Virus record (IMG/VR): IMGVR_UViG_3300042731_007874
Source of the DNA: a virus
Length of the DNA: 64,000 nt
Direction: 5' to 3' (one strand)
Below, piece by piece: positions 9,278 through 18,442 of this stretch. Below the pieces are notes generated by a model that worked only from the letters and a program-made list of their open reading frames with translations, did no database searches and was not told the DNA's origin. Each line of letters starts with the position of its first letter. Position 1 is the stretch's first letter. A program made the translations under genes and the position numbers.

Positions 9278-9799
9278 ATGAGGTTAGTAACAATACAACT
9301 TGGAGCTGGTACTCCGTTTTGGTTTTTGGGCGAAGACGGAAAAGTTATGCTCACTTACGAGAAGCCAGATTCAGGCTTAATAGATATTGAGGAGTTAGAT
9401 GAAGACGATATTAAGACTATTAATAGTGGTATTCGTACTCGTTCTATAAAGGTTTTTGACGAAGACAACCGACGTCTTTTCGATTTAAATTTAGCTTCTC
9501 TTGTTAATTGTGCATATAATGTCGATCTAGAAGATCTTGAAGAATCAGAGCTTCCTGAAGTCCCTTCTGTTACAATAAGAGAAGAACCGGAAGAAGAAGT
9601 CATTACTGTTTCCGAAAAAGATTATGAAGAAGCTGAAATACTTCTATCAAAAAACGGCAATACAGTAAAGAAGTCTATTCTACAATTCTCTGTCTCTCCA
9701 GACTTAATTCCGTTCTTAACAGCATGTTTGGAATTAGAACAAACTGGCAAGCAGAGGAAGGCTGTACTCGGAGCACTTCAGGAAAAGTTAAATGGATAA
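9278..9799 (+). CDS. Hypothetical acidic protein (173 aa), head/neck region
   Basis: SD AAGGAG; intact ORF; helical C-terminus (LELEQTGKQRKAVLGALQEKL). Confidence 0.7.
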   Translation: MRLVTIQLGAGTPFWFLGEDGKVMLTYEKPDSGLIDIEELDEDDIKTINSGIRTRSIKVFDEDNRRLFDLNLASLVNCAYNVDLEDLEESELPEVPSVTIREEPEEEVITVSEKDYEEAEILLSKNGNTVKKSILQFSVSPDLIPFLTACLELEQTGKQRKAVLGALQEKLNG

Positions 9800-10046
9800 T
9801 AAAGAAAGACTAAGGGAAAAGTTTCTAAAAGGGTTAAAAGAATTTTCTGATAACTTAAAGCCTGATAGTACTTTTTTAGAAAGAAAAGTTCCAAAAGAAG
9901 AAGTCGATAAACTGAAAGAGATTGCAAAAAAACAAAAAGAAGACGAACAAAAACAAAAGGTTTTACAGCAAACACGAGAAATGAGTTCAAGTACAAATGA
10001 TCTTTTGGATACTTTGGTTAATGAATTTAATGTGATTGACGAGTAA
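9792..10046 (+). CDS. Small charged hypothetical protein (84 aa)
   Basis: Overlaps upstream stop and fills the operon gap; helical charged composition. Confidence 0.6.
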   Translation: MDNKERLREKFLKGLKEFSDNLKPDSTFLERKVPKEEVDKLKEIAKKQKEDEQKQKVLQQTREMSSSTNDLLDTLVNEFNVIDE

Positions 10047-10054
10047 GGAGAGAA

Positions 10055-11824
10055 ATGGCAACAACTCCTAGTATTGTAGATGTCTATCCGTCAAATCAGG
10101 CTAACGGTATTCCTATTGGAGATAGTGTTACAGTTACCTTTGATCAAGAAATGGATGAGTCTTCTATTAATGCCGGGACTTTTGTTGTTAGTGGACCAGA
10201 CACTTCTAATATCTTTGGTCCTGACTTAACACCAATAGAACAAGTAGGAGTAGATGACCAGGATTCTGTATTAAGCTCTCCTTATTTTGGCGGGTTTGTT
10301 GAAGGAATAATAACTTTTGAGAAGACAAACGCTTCTGGAGGTTCTGTTGCTGATTCGGTTTTAGATCAAACAGGAGCAGGAGATCAGTGGTATACAAAAG
10401 CAATCTTCACTCCATCGATACCTTTAAGACCAAATGTAGAATATACTGTTTTGTTGGCAGGAGACGAAGATCCTACAAACGCATTTGATTCTGGAGTAAG
10501 AACAAGAACAGTTTTTGATGCAGTAGAAGTTTCTGTTTCTGGAAGCGGGACGGTTGCTTTTTCCGGAGGGTATACTGGAGCAACAACTAGAACTTATGTT
10601 TTGGAGATTACAGGTGCTGGAGCTACTGGAGTAGCCGAATATCAATGGTGGAGGCAATCAGATCCATTAACCGTTTATGACGGTACTACAACAACCGGTT
10701 ATAGAGAACTAGAAGATGGTTTAGTTGTTTCTTTTGGAGCTGATGGTTCTTTCTCGGTAGGAGATCAGTGGTCTGTTGTTGTTGTTCCGTTTATTGTATT
10801 ACCAAACACATATTCTTGGACGTTCTCAACTGGATCGGGATCTGTCTTAACACCTCCCTCTTCTTCTAGTTCTAGTGGCATAAGTTTAATTGGTTCTGTT
10901 ACCACTGGAGCATTACAAGTTAGTGAGCTTTCTCCTTCTATAGGTCAGTATGGAGTTGAGATTTCAGAAGACCCTTATACTGGAGAATCAATTACAATTA
11001 ATTTTGCAGGAACCAGCCCAATAGACGCAGACACAGTTACTTCTGACACTGTTTCTGTTATTTCGGAACCGGCTCTTGCTAGTCTCGGATTTAATTACAC
11101 GGGAGAGCTAGAAGCAACCGCTACAGTTTCTGGTACTACAATTACAATTACATTAGAACCAGGACAGCTTTACCAAAATAACATTGTCACGGTTGTTCTT
11201 GATAAAGACATTGCAAACGAAGCTGGCCAAACATTAGGAGAAGATTATACTTTTTACTTCTCAACTCCTTATACTCCTTTGTATGCCGGAGACAGAAGAA
11301 TTTATCTTGATCTTGGTTCTGTCTTATCTGATGTCTTAGAAGAAACTATTTATTTGGCCCTGTTAGAAGCAAGTCTCGCCGCAGATAAGATTTCATTCTC
11401 AACTTCTATTTCAAACACTTCTTTCTTTCAACACGCTCGCAGAGAATATGTTCTTTGTTATGCAGAATGGCTACTGGCCGCAGGTCTTACTTCTTCTTCC
11501 GGAGGAGATAAATTATCAAAGAGGCTTGGTAATCTTTCTGTTTCTAGAGGATCTCTTTCAGGTCTGGAAAAACTAAAAGACGACAAAAGAGACTGCATGG
11601 CCTATTGGGAGATTACCGTTAAAACAGGAGGAGAAGTTACTCCGGACGCAAGCTTATTACCGCAGACAACCGTTAAAGGGCTTTTGTCAGAAGACTCAAT
11701 TACTGTAGGAAGACTATGGGAGCCTATGTCAAGAGTAGGCTATACTCCTGCCGCTAATACTCGGAGAGGCAGATATAACTATAGCTCTAGAAGAACTTTT
11801 AGAACTTACAGAAAGAAACACTAA
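10055..11824 (+). CDS. Head-tail adaptor-like protein with N-terminal Ig-like (SbsA/Big_5-type) domains
   Basis: Two Ig-like units (SIVDVYPSNQANGIPIGDSVTVTFDQEMD...; QVSELSPSIGQYGV...YTFYFST); C-terminal helical domain with KLSKRLGNLSVSRG, adaptor-like; position after MCP. Confidence 0.65.
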   Translation: MATTPSIVDVYPSNQANGIPIGDSVTVTFDQEMDESSINAGTFVVSGPDTSNIFGPDLTPIEQVGVDDQDSVLSSPYFGGFVEGIITFEKTNASGGSVADSVLDQTGAGDQWYTKAIFTPSIPLRPNVEYTVLLAGDEDPTNAFDSGVRTRTVFDAVEVSVSGSGTVAFSGGYTGATTRTYVLEITGAGATGVAEYQWWRQSDPLTVYDGTTTTGYRELEDGLVVSFGADGSFSVGDQWSVVVVPFIVLPNTYSWTFSTGSGSVLTPPSSSSSSGISLIGSVTTGALQVSELSPSIGQYGVEISEDPYTGESITINFAGTSPIDADTVTSDTVSVISEPALASLGFNYTGELEATATVSGTTITITLEPGQLYQNNIVTVVLDKDIANEAGQTLGEDYTFYFSTPYTPLYAGDRRIYLDLGSVLSDVLEETIYLALLEASLAADKISFSTSISNTSFFQHARREYVLCYAEWLLAAGLTSSSGGDKLSKRLGNLSVSRGSLSGLEKLKDDKRDCMAYWEITVKTGGEVTPDASLLPQTTVKGLLSEDSITVGRLWEPMSRVGYTPAANTRRGRYNYSSRRTFRTYRKKH

Positions 11825-12384
11825 TGGCAGGACGTTCTCCACATGGTGTTCTTTATTCTCAAGGTACAGAAATAGATCTTCGTGCAGAACTGTATAAAAC
11901 ACTATATGGATCTGTTGATGAGGTACCAAAAGGAAGAATAGGTCTTCTTCGAAAAATGCGCCGTAATTCTTCTGGAGAGCTTCTAAGATGTGTTTGTAGA
12001 AGTAATTTAACTGATGAACCGGATTCTGATACCTATTGCAGATACTGTTTGGGACATGGTTGTTACTGGGACGAATCAAAAATAACTTACTTTAAAGATG
12101 ATGAATCTTTTAGGCGACATGAAGGAGTAACTAAAGAATACGAAGATTCTATTTTTTATGTTGAACACGACGTTCTTGTAACAGATGATGATTATATTAT
12201 TGAAATTAGCGTTAACTCCAATGGAGATGTTATAATTCCTATTGAACGGATTGGTTTCTTTAAGATTTTAAAAGCTGATCCTATGAGAAGTGATAAAGGA
12301 CGTATCGAGTTCTTCCAGATAAGAGCAAAGGAAGAACGAAAATGGAGTGTTTATTATGGTGTCACGAATCGACAATATAACTGA
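11824..12384 (+). CDS. Head closure/stopper-like neck protein with Cys-rich Zn ribbon
   Basis: Position; CVC...CRYCLGHG; beta-barrel-like C-half (PMRSDKGRIEFF). Confidence 0.55.
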   Translation: MAGRSPHGVLYSQGTEIDLRAELYKTLYGSVDEVPKGRIGLLRKMRRNSSGELLRCVCRSNLTDEPDSDTYCRYCLGHGCYWDESKITYFKDDESFRRHEGVTKEYEDSIFYVEHDVLVTDDDYIIEISVNSNGDVIIPIERIGFFKILKADPMRSDKGRIEFFQIRAKEERKWSVYYGVTNRQYN

Positions 12385-13084
12385 TCTACCGACAATTACA
12401 ATTCCCCATCTAGGGGTTTCTTATAATGAGTCGGATCTTTATAAAATGATTCAGGAATATTGGGATACGTTAGCACAGAAAGATAACGCCAATAGGTTTA
12501 ATTCTCCACCATCTGGGTTGACAATCGTTGATTTTTTAGAGTTAGTTAAAAACGCAGTAGAACATAAACAGACATTTGAGTCAATTCCTTCGGACAGAAG
12601 ATTATTGTTCTTGACGGAAGATCCGCCTGAAGAAATCGATACAGAAGGTATTACTTGTGAACTAACTACTCGTAGACCAGGAAGTTTTTCTCGTGGCCCG
12701 GCGGCCCAAGGAAAAATTAAAGAAGTTACTGCTCACATGAGAGCAATGATAGATCATCCAGAAAGTCCTGGTGAAAAGCTTATTACTATGGGCCGGAAAC
12801 ATGATAATTTTATAACTTTTTATACTTATGCCAAAACAAACAGGTCTTCACTTAGACGGGCTCTGTGGTTTGAAGAACTAATGGAATCTTATCGGTGGTA
12901 CTTTAGAATCTTTGGTTTTAATGCCATTCAAGAGGAGATTTCAAAAAAAGAAATCGTTAATATAGGAGAACTCAAATTAAGAAGATATCCTATTAGATAT
13001 ATCGTAATGACAGATGATACTTTCCATGTCACTTCTCAAGAACTACGAGACGTTACATTAAAGGTTACTTTGTCGAATGGTTAA
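12347..13084 (+). CDS. Tail terminator/neck protein
   Basis: Immediately precedes the sheath gene; alternating alpha/beta pattern (DNFITFYTYAKTNRSSLRRALWFEELM). Confidence 0.5.
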   Translation: MFIMVSRIDNITDLPTITIPHLGVSYNESDLYKMIQEYWDTLAQKDNANRFNSPPSGLTIVDFLELVKNAVEHKQTFESIPSDRRLLFLTEDPPEEIDTEGITCELTTRRPGSFSRGPAAQGKIKEVTAHMRAMIDHPESPGEKLITMGRKHDNFITFYTYAKTNRSSLRRALWFEELMESYRWYFRIFGFNAIQEEISKKEIVNIGELKLRRYPIRYIVMTDDTFHVTSQELRDVTLKVTLSNG

Positions 13085-13097
13085 TTAGGAGGCTAAA

Positions 13098-14978
13098 ATG
13101 ACTTTAGTATATTTGCCACGAAAATCTGTATACAAGACAGATGGTAATACTTTGGATGCCGCAACGGTTCAGGCTAAAAGAGTATTGATTATAGGGACCG
13201 CAGGCAAAGGGCTTGCCGATCAAATTGTAATTCCTTCCTCTACTTCTGTTGCCAAGTCAGAGTTTGGTTCAGATGGCTCTCTCTTGAGGGGGATGTGGGA
13301 AGCGAAAGAAGGTGGCGCGGCTCAAGTCGCGTTGTATCGGATTGGAGCAACCGCAGCTAGCTTAACAGGTGTGGGTGACACCACGGGAGCGGCTGGTTAT
13401 ACAATCGCAACTGTCGATAAAGATGCCGATGCTGGAGGAGATTATGCGCTTTATTATGACGACACTACAGACCGCCTTGTTATCCAGAGGAACTCAGATA
13501 GCCAGGTTGTTTGGGACAATAACCCAGGTGACGAAATTGACTTATTTGAGGTTAATGTTAGCGGTGAAAGAGCAGCCGCTGGAGGTGGAGACATTGGCTC
13601 TCCTTCTAGTTTCGTTAACCTAGAAGATGTTACTGCAACAGGGACTACTTTCACAGCAGGAACAGATGGACTAGATCTCAGTAAGATGGAAACGTATGAG
13701 GCTTTGTACGTCGCCTATAAGAACTTACTGGTCGGTGGATTTGATGTTGTTGTTCCGATGGATGTATTTCTTGATGACTATAATATAATTGCCCAAGGGC
13801 ATCGAAAAGGATCAGTACTCCCTGTACTTCCCAGTGCTAATACTTATCCTACTAAAGATGCGTATTCTTTGGGTTCTGATGTTGATTCTTTAGGTTCTGT
13901 TTATGTTGAAGAATACGAGGGAGACTATTACTTCTGGTGGAGAACAACTACTGGGGCTTTTACCGCTGCAGAACTGTATCCAACTGGTGTTGGTTCCGCA
14001 AGCGCAACCTTAAAGATTGATGGAACTGCTCTTACAGCAGACGATTTTCATGAAGTTAACTTTGCCTATCAATTGGCCAGATTCTTGTACGAGGTCTCTA
14101 CTGATGAAGTAGACGCTACTGGAGTTATTGGAGTTCTTCCTCCTGATTCAAATAGCCTGCGAGATAAGGCTTTGTGGCTCGGCAAAGAACCGACTTGGAC
14201 AATCAACAGCACTACTGGAGAATATACAATTACTTCTTCTGGGAATAATGGCTCTGGTTTGCTGGGGAATAAGTTTAAGGTAGGTCGCTCAGATCATCGA
14301 TCTGGTGCTTTTGGTGGCGGTTTTATTCTTACTGATAGTGAGTTTATGGACGGCACAGAAGAGACAGACGAGAATGACTATCCTATCGATCTTGGTAAAT
14401 ACATTTCCGTTGTCGCCGACAATCCGTTTATGCGAAACAACTGGTTGACATCTGGATATATTGGCTCTTTTGCTGCATCGTATGGTGGCTTCTATATTGA
14501 TCGGAAACCCTCTAGCTCTCCGACAAACAAGCCAATTCCTAAATCGATCTCAATCCTTTATGATTTCAAGCCAGGAGATTTAGATAAGCTATCCAAATAT
14601 GGCTACACCATGTTGCGGCGGAAGACTACAGGTACTGTTGTTGCTGATGCCCCTACGGCTGCTCTTCCAAATTCTGACTGGAGACGACTCTCAACAGTTC
14701 GAATTGTTAAGCTTGTTATTGACGGTGTTCGACTTGCAGTAGACAAATATTTAGGAGAAGGGACTTCTTCTTCGACTCGGGCGTCAATGTATACTGACGT
14801 AGAGAAGGTTCTTCAGAAAGCAAAGAAGAGCAAGGATCTTCAAGACTACAAAGAATTTGAGATTAAACAAACGCCTTCCATGGAGGTTTCTGGCGTAGCA
14901 CAGATCCATTTAAGGCTAGTCCCAGCTTTTGAACTGAGAGTAATTGAAGTTACAATCAGCGTTTCAAAGTCTGGTTAA
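13098..14978 (+). CDS. Tail sheath protein (contractile tail)
   Basis: RVLIIGTAGKG N-terminus; C-terminal DWRRLSTVRIVKLVIDGVR...IHLRLVPAFELRVIEVTISV is a sheath signature; SD AGGAGG. Confidence 0.9.
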   Translation: MTLVYLPRKSVYKTDGNTLDAATVQAKRVLIIGTAGKGLADQIVIPSSTSVAKSEFGSDGSLLRGMWEAKEGGAAQVALYRIGATAASLTGVGDTTGAAGYTIATVDKDADAGGDYALYYDDTTDRLVIQRNSDSQVVWDNNPGDEIDLFEVNVSGERAAAGGGDIGSPSSFVNLEDVTATGTTFTAGTDGLDLSKMETYEALYVAYKNLLVGGFDVVVPMDVFLDDYNIIAQGHRKGSVLPVLPSANTYPTKDAYSLGSDVDSLGSVYVEEYEGDYYFWWRTTTGAFTAAELYPTGVGSASATLKIDGTALTADDFHEVNFAYQLARFLYEVSTDEVDATGVIGVLPPDSNSLRDKALWLGKEPTWTINSTTGEYTITSSGNNGSGLLGNKFKVGRSDHRSGAFGGGFILTDSEFMDGTEETDENDYPIDLGKYISVVADNPFMRNNWLTSGYIGSFAASYGGFYIDRKPSSSPTNKPIPKSISILYDFKPGDLDKLSKYGYTMLRRKTTGTVVADAPTAALPNSDWRRLSTVRIVKLVIDGVRLAVDKYLGEGTSSSTRASMYTDVEKVLQKAKKSKDLQDYKEFEIKQTPSMEVSGVAQIHLRLVPAFELRVIEVTISVSKSG

Positions 14979-14993
14979 TAACGGAGGTTAGTA

Positions 14994-15130
14994 ATGGCAG
15001 CACAAATTTCTAGTTTTCAACGTGCTTACAATAGCTTCAGTGGAGTTGATATCACTGCGGTTATTGGCACTAAAACACTTGGTTCGTTACAGGGAATATC
15101 GTACCAAGTAAGTCGCGAAAAAGCTCCGGT
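14994..15130 (+). CDS. Tail tube protein, exon 1 (not in ORF track)
   Basis: SD GGAGGT and ATG 14994; encodes MAAQISSFQRAYNSFSGVDITAVIGTKTLGSLQGISYQVSREKAP plus GT of a Val codon; homologous to N-termini of the two downstream tube paralogs (YSGTDIKV; YTGSQISV). Confidence 0.9.
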
Positions 15131-16074
15131 TAACTAAAAAGGTATGGGCCGGAGAAGAAAAATGTCGCTCAAATCGGAGAACTCGAAAGACAACTCCGAG
15201 GGTAAGTCTGATAGCGATATCAGAATCCCGTAGAGACTTTAAAGGATTTCTCAAGTGAGTAGATTAGTAATTAGAGATAGACATGGAAGATATATTGGAA
15301 CCGAGCAAGTCTATACAGACGAAGATTTGATTGGTTCAGTAGAGATTGCTTCAAAGATTTTAGGAAAGACCCCGACTTTCCATCAAATGAAAACTTTGTC
15401 AAGATCTCAGAATCTTCCACACCCTAAAACAATCCAAGAGAGATTTGGATCTTGGGAGAACGCTATCTCGATTGCTGGGTTAAGTTCAAACAAATATTAC
15501 GAGAAAGATTTTCTAGTAAAAGAGATAGAACGCTTTATTGCAGAACATAAGCATATTCCAAGTACTAATGAATTTAGGTTTTCTGAAGGCTATCCTGGAG
15601 TCAAAGCTTATAAGCGTCTATTCGGGTCTTTTAATAACGCACTTGTAGAGTTAGGTTATACTCCTGTTTGCGTTGCTAAGAAAAACAAATATTCTTGTAA
15701 TGTGGTTGCGGACGATGGTCATATTTGTGACAGTACAGAAGAAGGGTTAGTAGATAACTTCTTATTTAAGAAAAACATTTGTCACAGTATTCAACCGCTT
15801 TATCCAAGACATGAAAAACTTAACCCTAATGGTTATATTAGAGCTGATTTTTATTTAACAAAAACAAATACTTTTGTTGAATATGCTGGCTTAATTAACC
15901 GAAAATTTTACGCAGAAAAGTTAGAAGCTAAAAAACAGCTTGCTACTGTTTTAGATATCAACTTATTAGTTGTGTATCCTTCTGAACTTGGACAACTTGA
16001 GAAAGTCTTTAAGACGTACTTAGGTACGTAACACGCGACACCTCCGTAGCTGGAGGATGGAATAGTCCAATTTG
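15131..16074 (+). mobile_element. Group I self-splicing intron (IA2-like: P7.1 and P7.2) in the tail tube gene, 944 nt
   Basis: P1 CTCCGGT/GCCGGAG with U.G at the 5' splice site; P10 CTATACT/GGTATGG; P3 TGTCGC(15163)/GCGACA(16035); P4 TCGGAG/CTCCGA; P6/P6a hairpin with GCGA loop; P7 GACT(15235)/AGTC; P8 CCTCC/GGAGG; terminal G 16074; splicing restores REKAPVYTLGSADPR. Confidence 0.92.
15255..16031 (+). CDS. Intron-encoded putative homing endonuclease (two homing-endonuclease-associated repeats + PD-(D/E)XK/Vsr-like nuclease domain)
   Basis: GTG start, SD AAAGGA; repeats PHPKTIQERFGSWENAISIAGL and YPGVKAYKRLFGSFNNALVELGY; C-terminal DSTEE...RADF...FVEYAG; lies within the intron. Confidence 0.8.
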   Translation: MSRLVIRDRHGRYIGTEQVYTDEDLIGSVEIASKILGKTPTFHQMKTLSRSQNLPHPKTIQERFGSWENAISIAGLSSNKYYEKDFLVKEIERFIAEHKHIPSTNEFRFSEGYPGVKAYKRLFGSFNNALVELGYTPVCVAKKNKYSCNVVADDGHICDSTEEGLVDNFLFKKNICHSIQPLYPRHEKLNPNGYIRADFYLTKTNTFVEYAGLINRKFYAEKLEAKKQLATVLDINLLVVYPSELGQLEKVFKTYLGT

Positions 16075-16615
16075 CTATACTCTTGGATCTGCAGACCCCC
16101 GTGCAATTGCGCGTGGTAAGAGAGCTATTGCTGGGTCGTTAGTTTTTATTCAGTTCGATTCAGAACCAGTTATGTTTGAGTTAGCGAACATAACTGACGT
16201 TACTCGGCAGCTTTATTTCCTGAGTGATATTGATGACCTTCGTCCTGAGTATAATGCCGCTAATCAGATTCCAGTAGCTGGGACAACGGTTACTCCTGTA
16301 GGAGAGACCTCTCCTAATTTCCCAGGAGCTTCTATCGATCAGGCAGAATCAGATATTACTGCAGCTGGTTCTGATCAAATCCGGGCAGTCCCTTGGTATC
16401 CGGATCAGATTCCTGCATTCGACATTGTTCTTTCGGCGGCTAACGAGTATGGCGCTCTAGCTATTATGAAGATTCTTGGTGTCGAGCTGATGAACTCTGG
16501 CTATGGGGTTTCAATTGATGACATGGTTTGTGAGCATAGTTATACCTATATCGCTCATGGCCTTATTCCTTGGACCGCACAAGGCATCCACTCAAGTATG
16601 TTGAATAACGTCTAA
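16075..16615 (+). CDS. Tail tube protein, exon 2 (spliced product 225 aa)
   Basis: In frame with the track ORF 16172-16615; YTLGSADPRAIARGKRAIAGSLVF aligns without gaps to paralog DRCFGSVYPKSYVRGQRTIGGSMVF; shares PAFDIVLSAANEYG with paralog PPLDISIVFANEYG. Confidence 0.9.
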
Positions 16616-16638
16616 TTCCCTTCCCTGCGAGGCGGCTA

Positions 16639-17508
16639 ATGGCTGAGCAAAACATAGATTCTAGTGGTCGGTTAGTAGATCCTACTCTCTTGACCGCCTC
16701 TGATTATTTGGGTTATGGAACCTATAGTGGAACTGATATTAAAGTTACCGTTCATTATCCAGGCACAGAGAAAGCCAGAATAGAACTTAATTATGACAGA
16801 GAGACTACAGAACAAGAACTAAAAGACGAAGAAGCTTATTTGAATAAGCGCAGAGCTGCTGGCGCAGACCCAAGTGAGCTTCAAGAAATACAGAATAGTA
16901 TTGCTGCGATAGAGAGTAATCTTCAGTCTTTAGACGACCAAGATAAAAAGATTAGAGACCTTCCAACTTCCAAACAACTAGCTGAGCTACAAACTTTAAG
17001 TTGGTCTATCTATAGAGGTAAATCGCCAGACAGGTGTTTTGGATCTGTTTATCCAAAAAGCTATGTTCGTGGACAACGCACAATAGGCGGTTCTATGGTA
17101 TTTACCTTATTCTACAAGCATGTCTTGCACGAGATCTTGTCTTTAAACTTAGGTTTATATAGTACTGGGACTAGTGATGCTGATTCTTATGTTGAAACAA
17201 CTAATTTAATCGACCAATTACCTCCGTTAGATATTAGTATTGTTTTTGCAAATGAATATGGAGCATTGTCTCATATGGGGCTTTGGGGAGTAGAGTTTAT
17301 ACAAGAGGGAGGGACTCTGTCAATTGAAGACATATTTTCAGAATCTGTAGTCCAATATGTTGCTAGAGATCTTGATCCTATTAGAGAAGTTGCGAAAAGA
17401 GAACTTAATAGCCAAGGGGTTACCTCTCATTGGCAGACTACCGCCTCCGACTTGCTGAATAACGACAGTCTTAAAAATCACTTAAAGAGAAGGAATCCTT
17501 ATATTTAA
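16639..17508 (+). CDS. Tail tube-like paralog (tube initiator candidate) with coiled-coil insertion
   Basis: Clear sequence similarity to the spliced tube protein; about 70-aa charged helical insert after the first strand. Confidence 0.75.
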   Translation: MAEQNIDSSGRLVDPTLLTASDYLGYGTYSGTDIKVTVHYPGTEKARIELNYDRETTEQELKDEEAYLNKRRAAGADPSELQEIQNSIAAIESNLQSLDDQDKKIRDLPTSKQLAELQTLSWSIYRGKSPDRCFGSVYPKSYVRGQRTIGGSMVFTLFYKHVLHEILSLNLGLYSTGTSDADSYVETTNLIDQLPPLDISIVFANEYGALSHMGLWGVEFIQEGGTLSIEDIFSESVVQYVARDLDPIREVAKRELNSQGVTSHWQTTASDLLNNDSLKNHLKRRNPYI

Positions 17509-18410
17509 TGACGATTAGAGATCCATATGGCGAGGTTTTAGGAACAAATAATGCTGGAACTACGGTATATGAATACGACAAATATACCGGGTCTCAAATA
17601 TCTGTTCTTATTGGGGATGTTGTTATTGACGACGCTGTTGGATTGAGCTTTGTCAAACAACAGTCAAAAACTCCTATTTACGGATTTGCGTCTCAATATT
17701 TTTCTTTTGTTGCTGACGGACATGTACTTGTCCAGGGTTCTCTATATATCTCTTTTAAAGAAGCCGGATATCTGTTTTATCCGATCCAAAGGTTCTTGAA
17801 TAGAACTGCCAATTTATATGCCGAAAATAGCGAAACCGATTGGCAAAATACAGCACAGACTGCTACTTCTCCTAGATATTCTGTTAATGACGACGGAGAG
17901 ATAGTAAATTACTACAAGCCTCAAGACTATACTTTTACCGAAGCTGCTGCTGCTGCAGAAACAAAGAGAGTAATGCAAGCAAATGTAGAGCAAATGTATA
18001 ACTGGCAAAGTAGGGATGGGACTCCGAGACAGCAGTCCAAATACAACCAAGCTTGGAGAGAGCTTGCTGCGTTACCTGATGATAAGTTTGAGGATTGGGC
18101 CGAAGTCTTTGAAGATACTATTTGGTTTGGTTCTGATAAATCAAATCCATTTGTTAGAGATAAGCTCTTTAGTAAAAACATTCCTCCAGGGACGATGATT
18201 AACGACGAAGACGTATTAAGCCATCGAGGAGCAGATCAATATCCTGCTGTAGATATTTTTATTACTTATGGAGATATGAGTAGAAAACCCGCCAACCATA
18301 CAGTAAAAAAACTTTTAGATGTCCATTTTATTGGACAAGCCCAAACATTAGAAGTTTCAGACCAACCAGTGTTAGAAAAGTACGATTTCCTTGCAAGAAC
18401 TCTAGTTTAG
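17508..18410 (+). CDS. Second tail tube-like paralog with internal insertion
   Basis: KTPIYGFASQ...VQGSLYI, PAVDIFITYG and VLEKYDFLART match the tube-family pattern. Confidence 0.7.
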   Translation: MTIRDPYGEVLGTNNAGTTVYEYDKYTGSQISVLIGDVVIDDAVGLSFVKQQSKTPIYGFASQYFSFVADGHVLVQGSLYISFKEAGYLFYPIQRFLNRTANLYAENSETDWQNTAQTATSPRYSVNDDGEIVNYYKPQDYTFTEAAAAAETKRVMQANVEQMYNWQSRDGTPRQQSKYNQAWRELAALPDDKFEDWAEVFEDTIWFGSDKSNPFVRDKLFSKNIPPGTMINDEDVLSHRGADQYPAVDIFITYGDMSRKPANHTVKKLLDVHFIGQAQTLEVSDQPVLEKYDFLARTLV

Positions 18411-18419
18411 TTATATTAT
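18391..18419 (+). promoter_or_regulatory. sigma70-type promoter upstream of the tail assembly chaperone / tape-measure block
   Basis: TTGCAA (18391-18396), 17-nt spacer, TATTAT (18414-18419), overlapping TATAAT; SD AAGGAG before ATG 18443. Confidence 0.55.
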
Positions 18420-18442
18420 AATAAGAACAAAAGGAGAATTCT

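Noticed and set aside
16172-16615. Track ORF as a complete 147-aa gene
   Set aside because: It is the distal part of exon 2 of the tube gene. It has no SD, and homology to the paralogs extends upstream through the splice junction.
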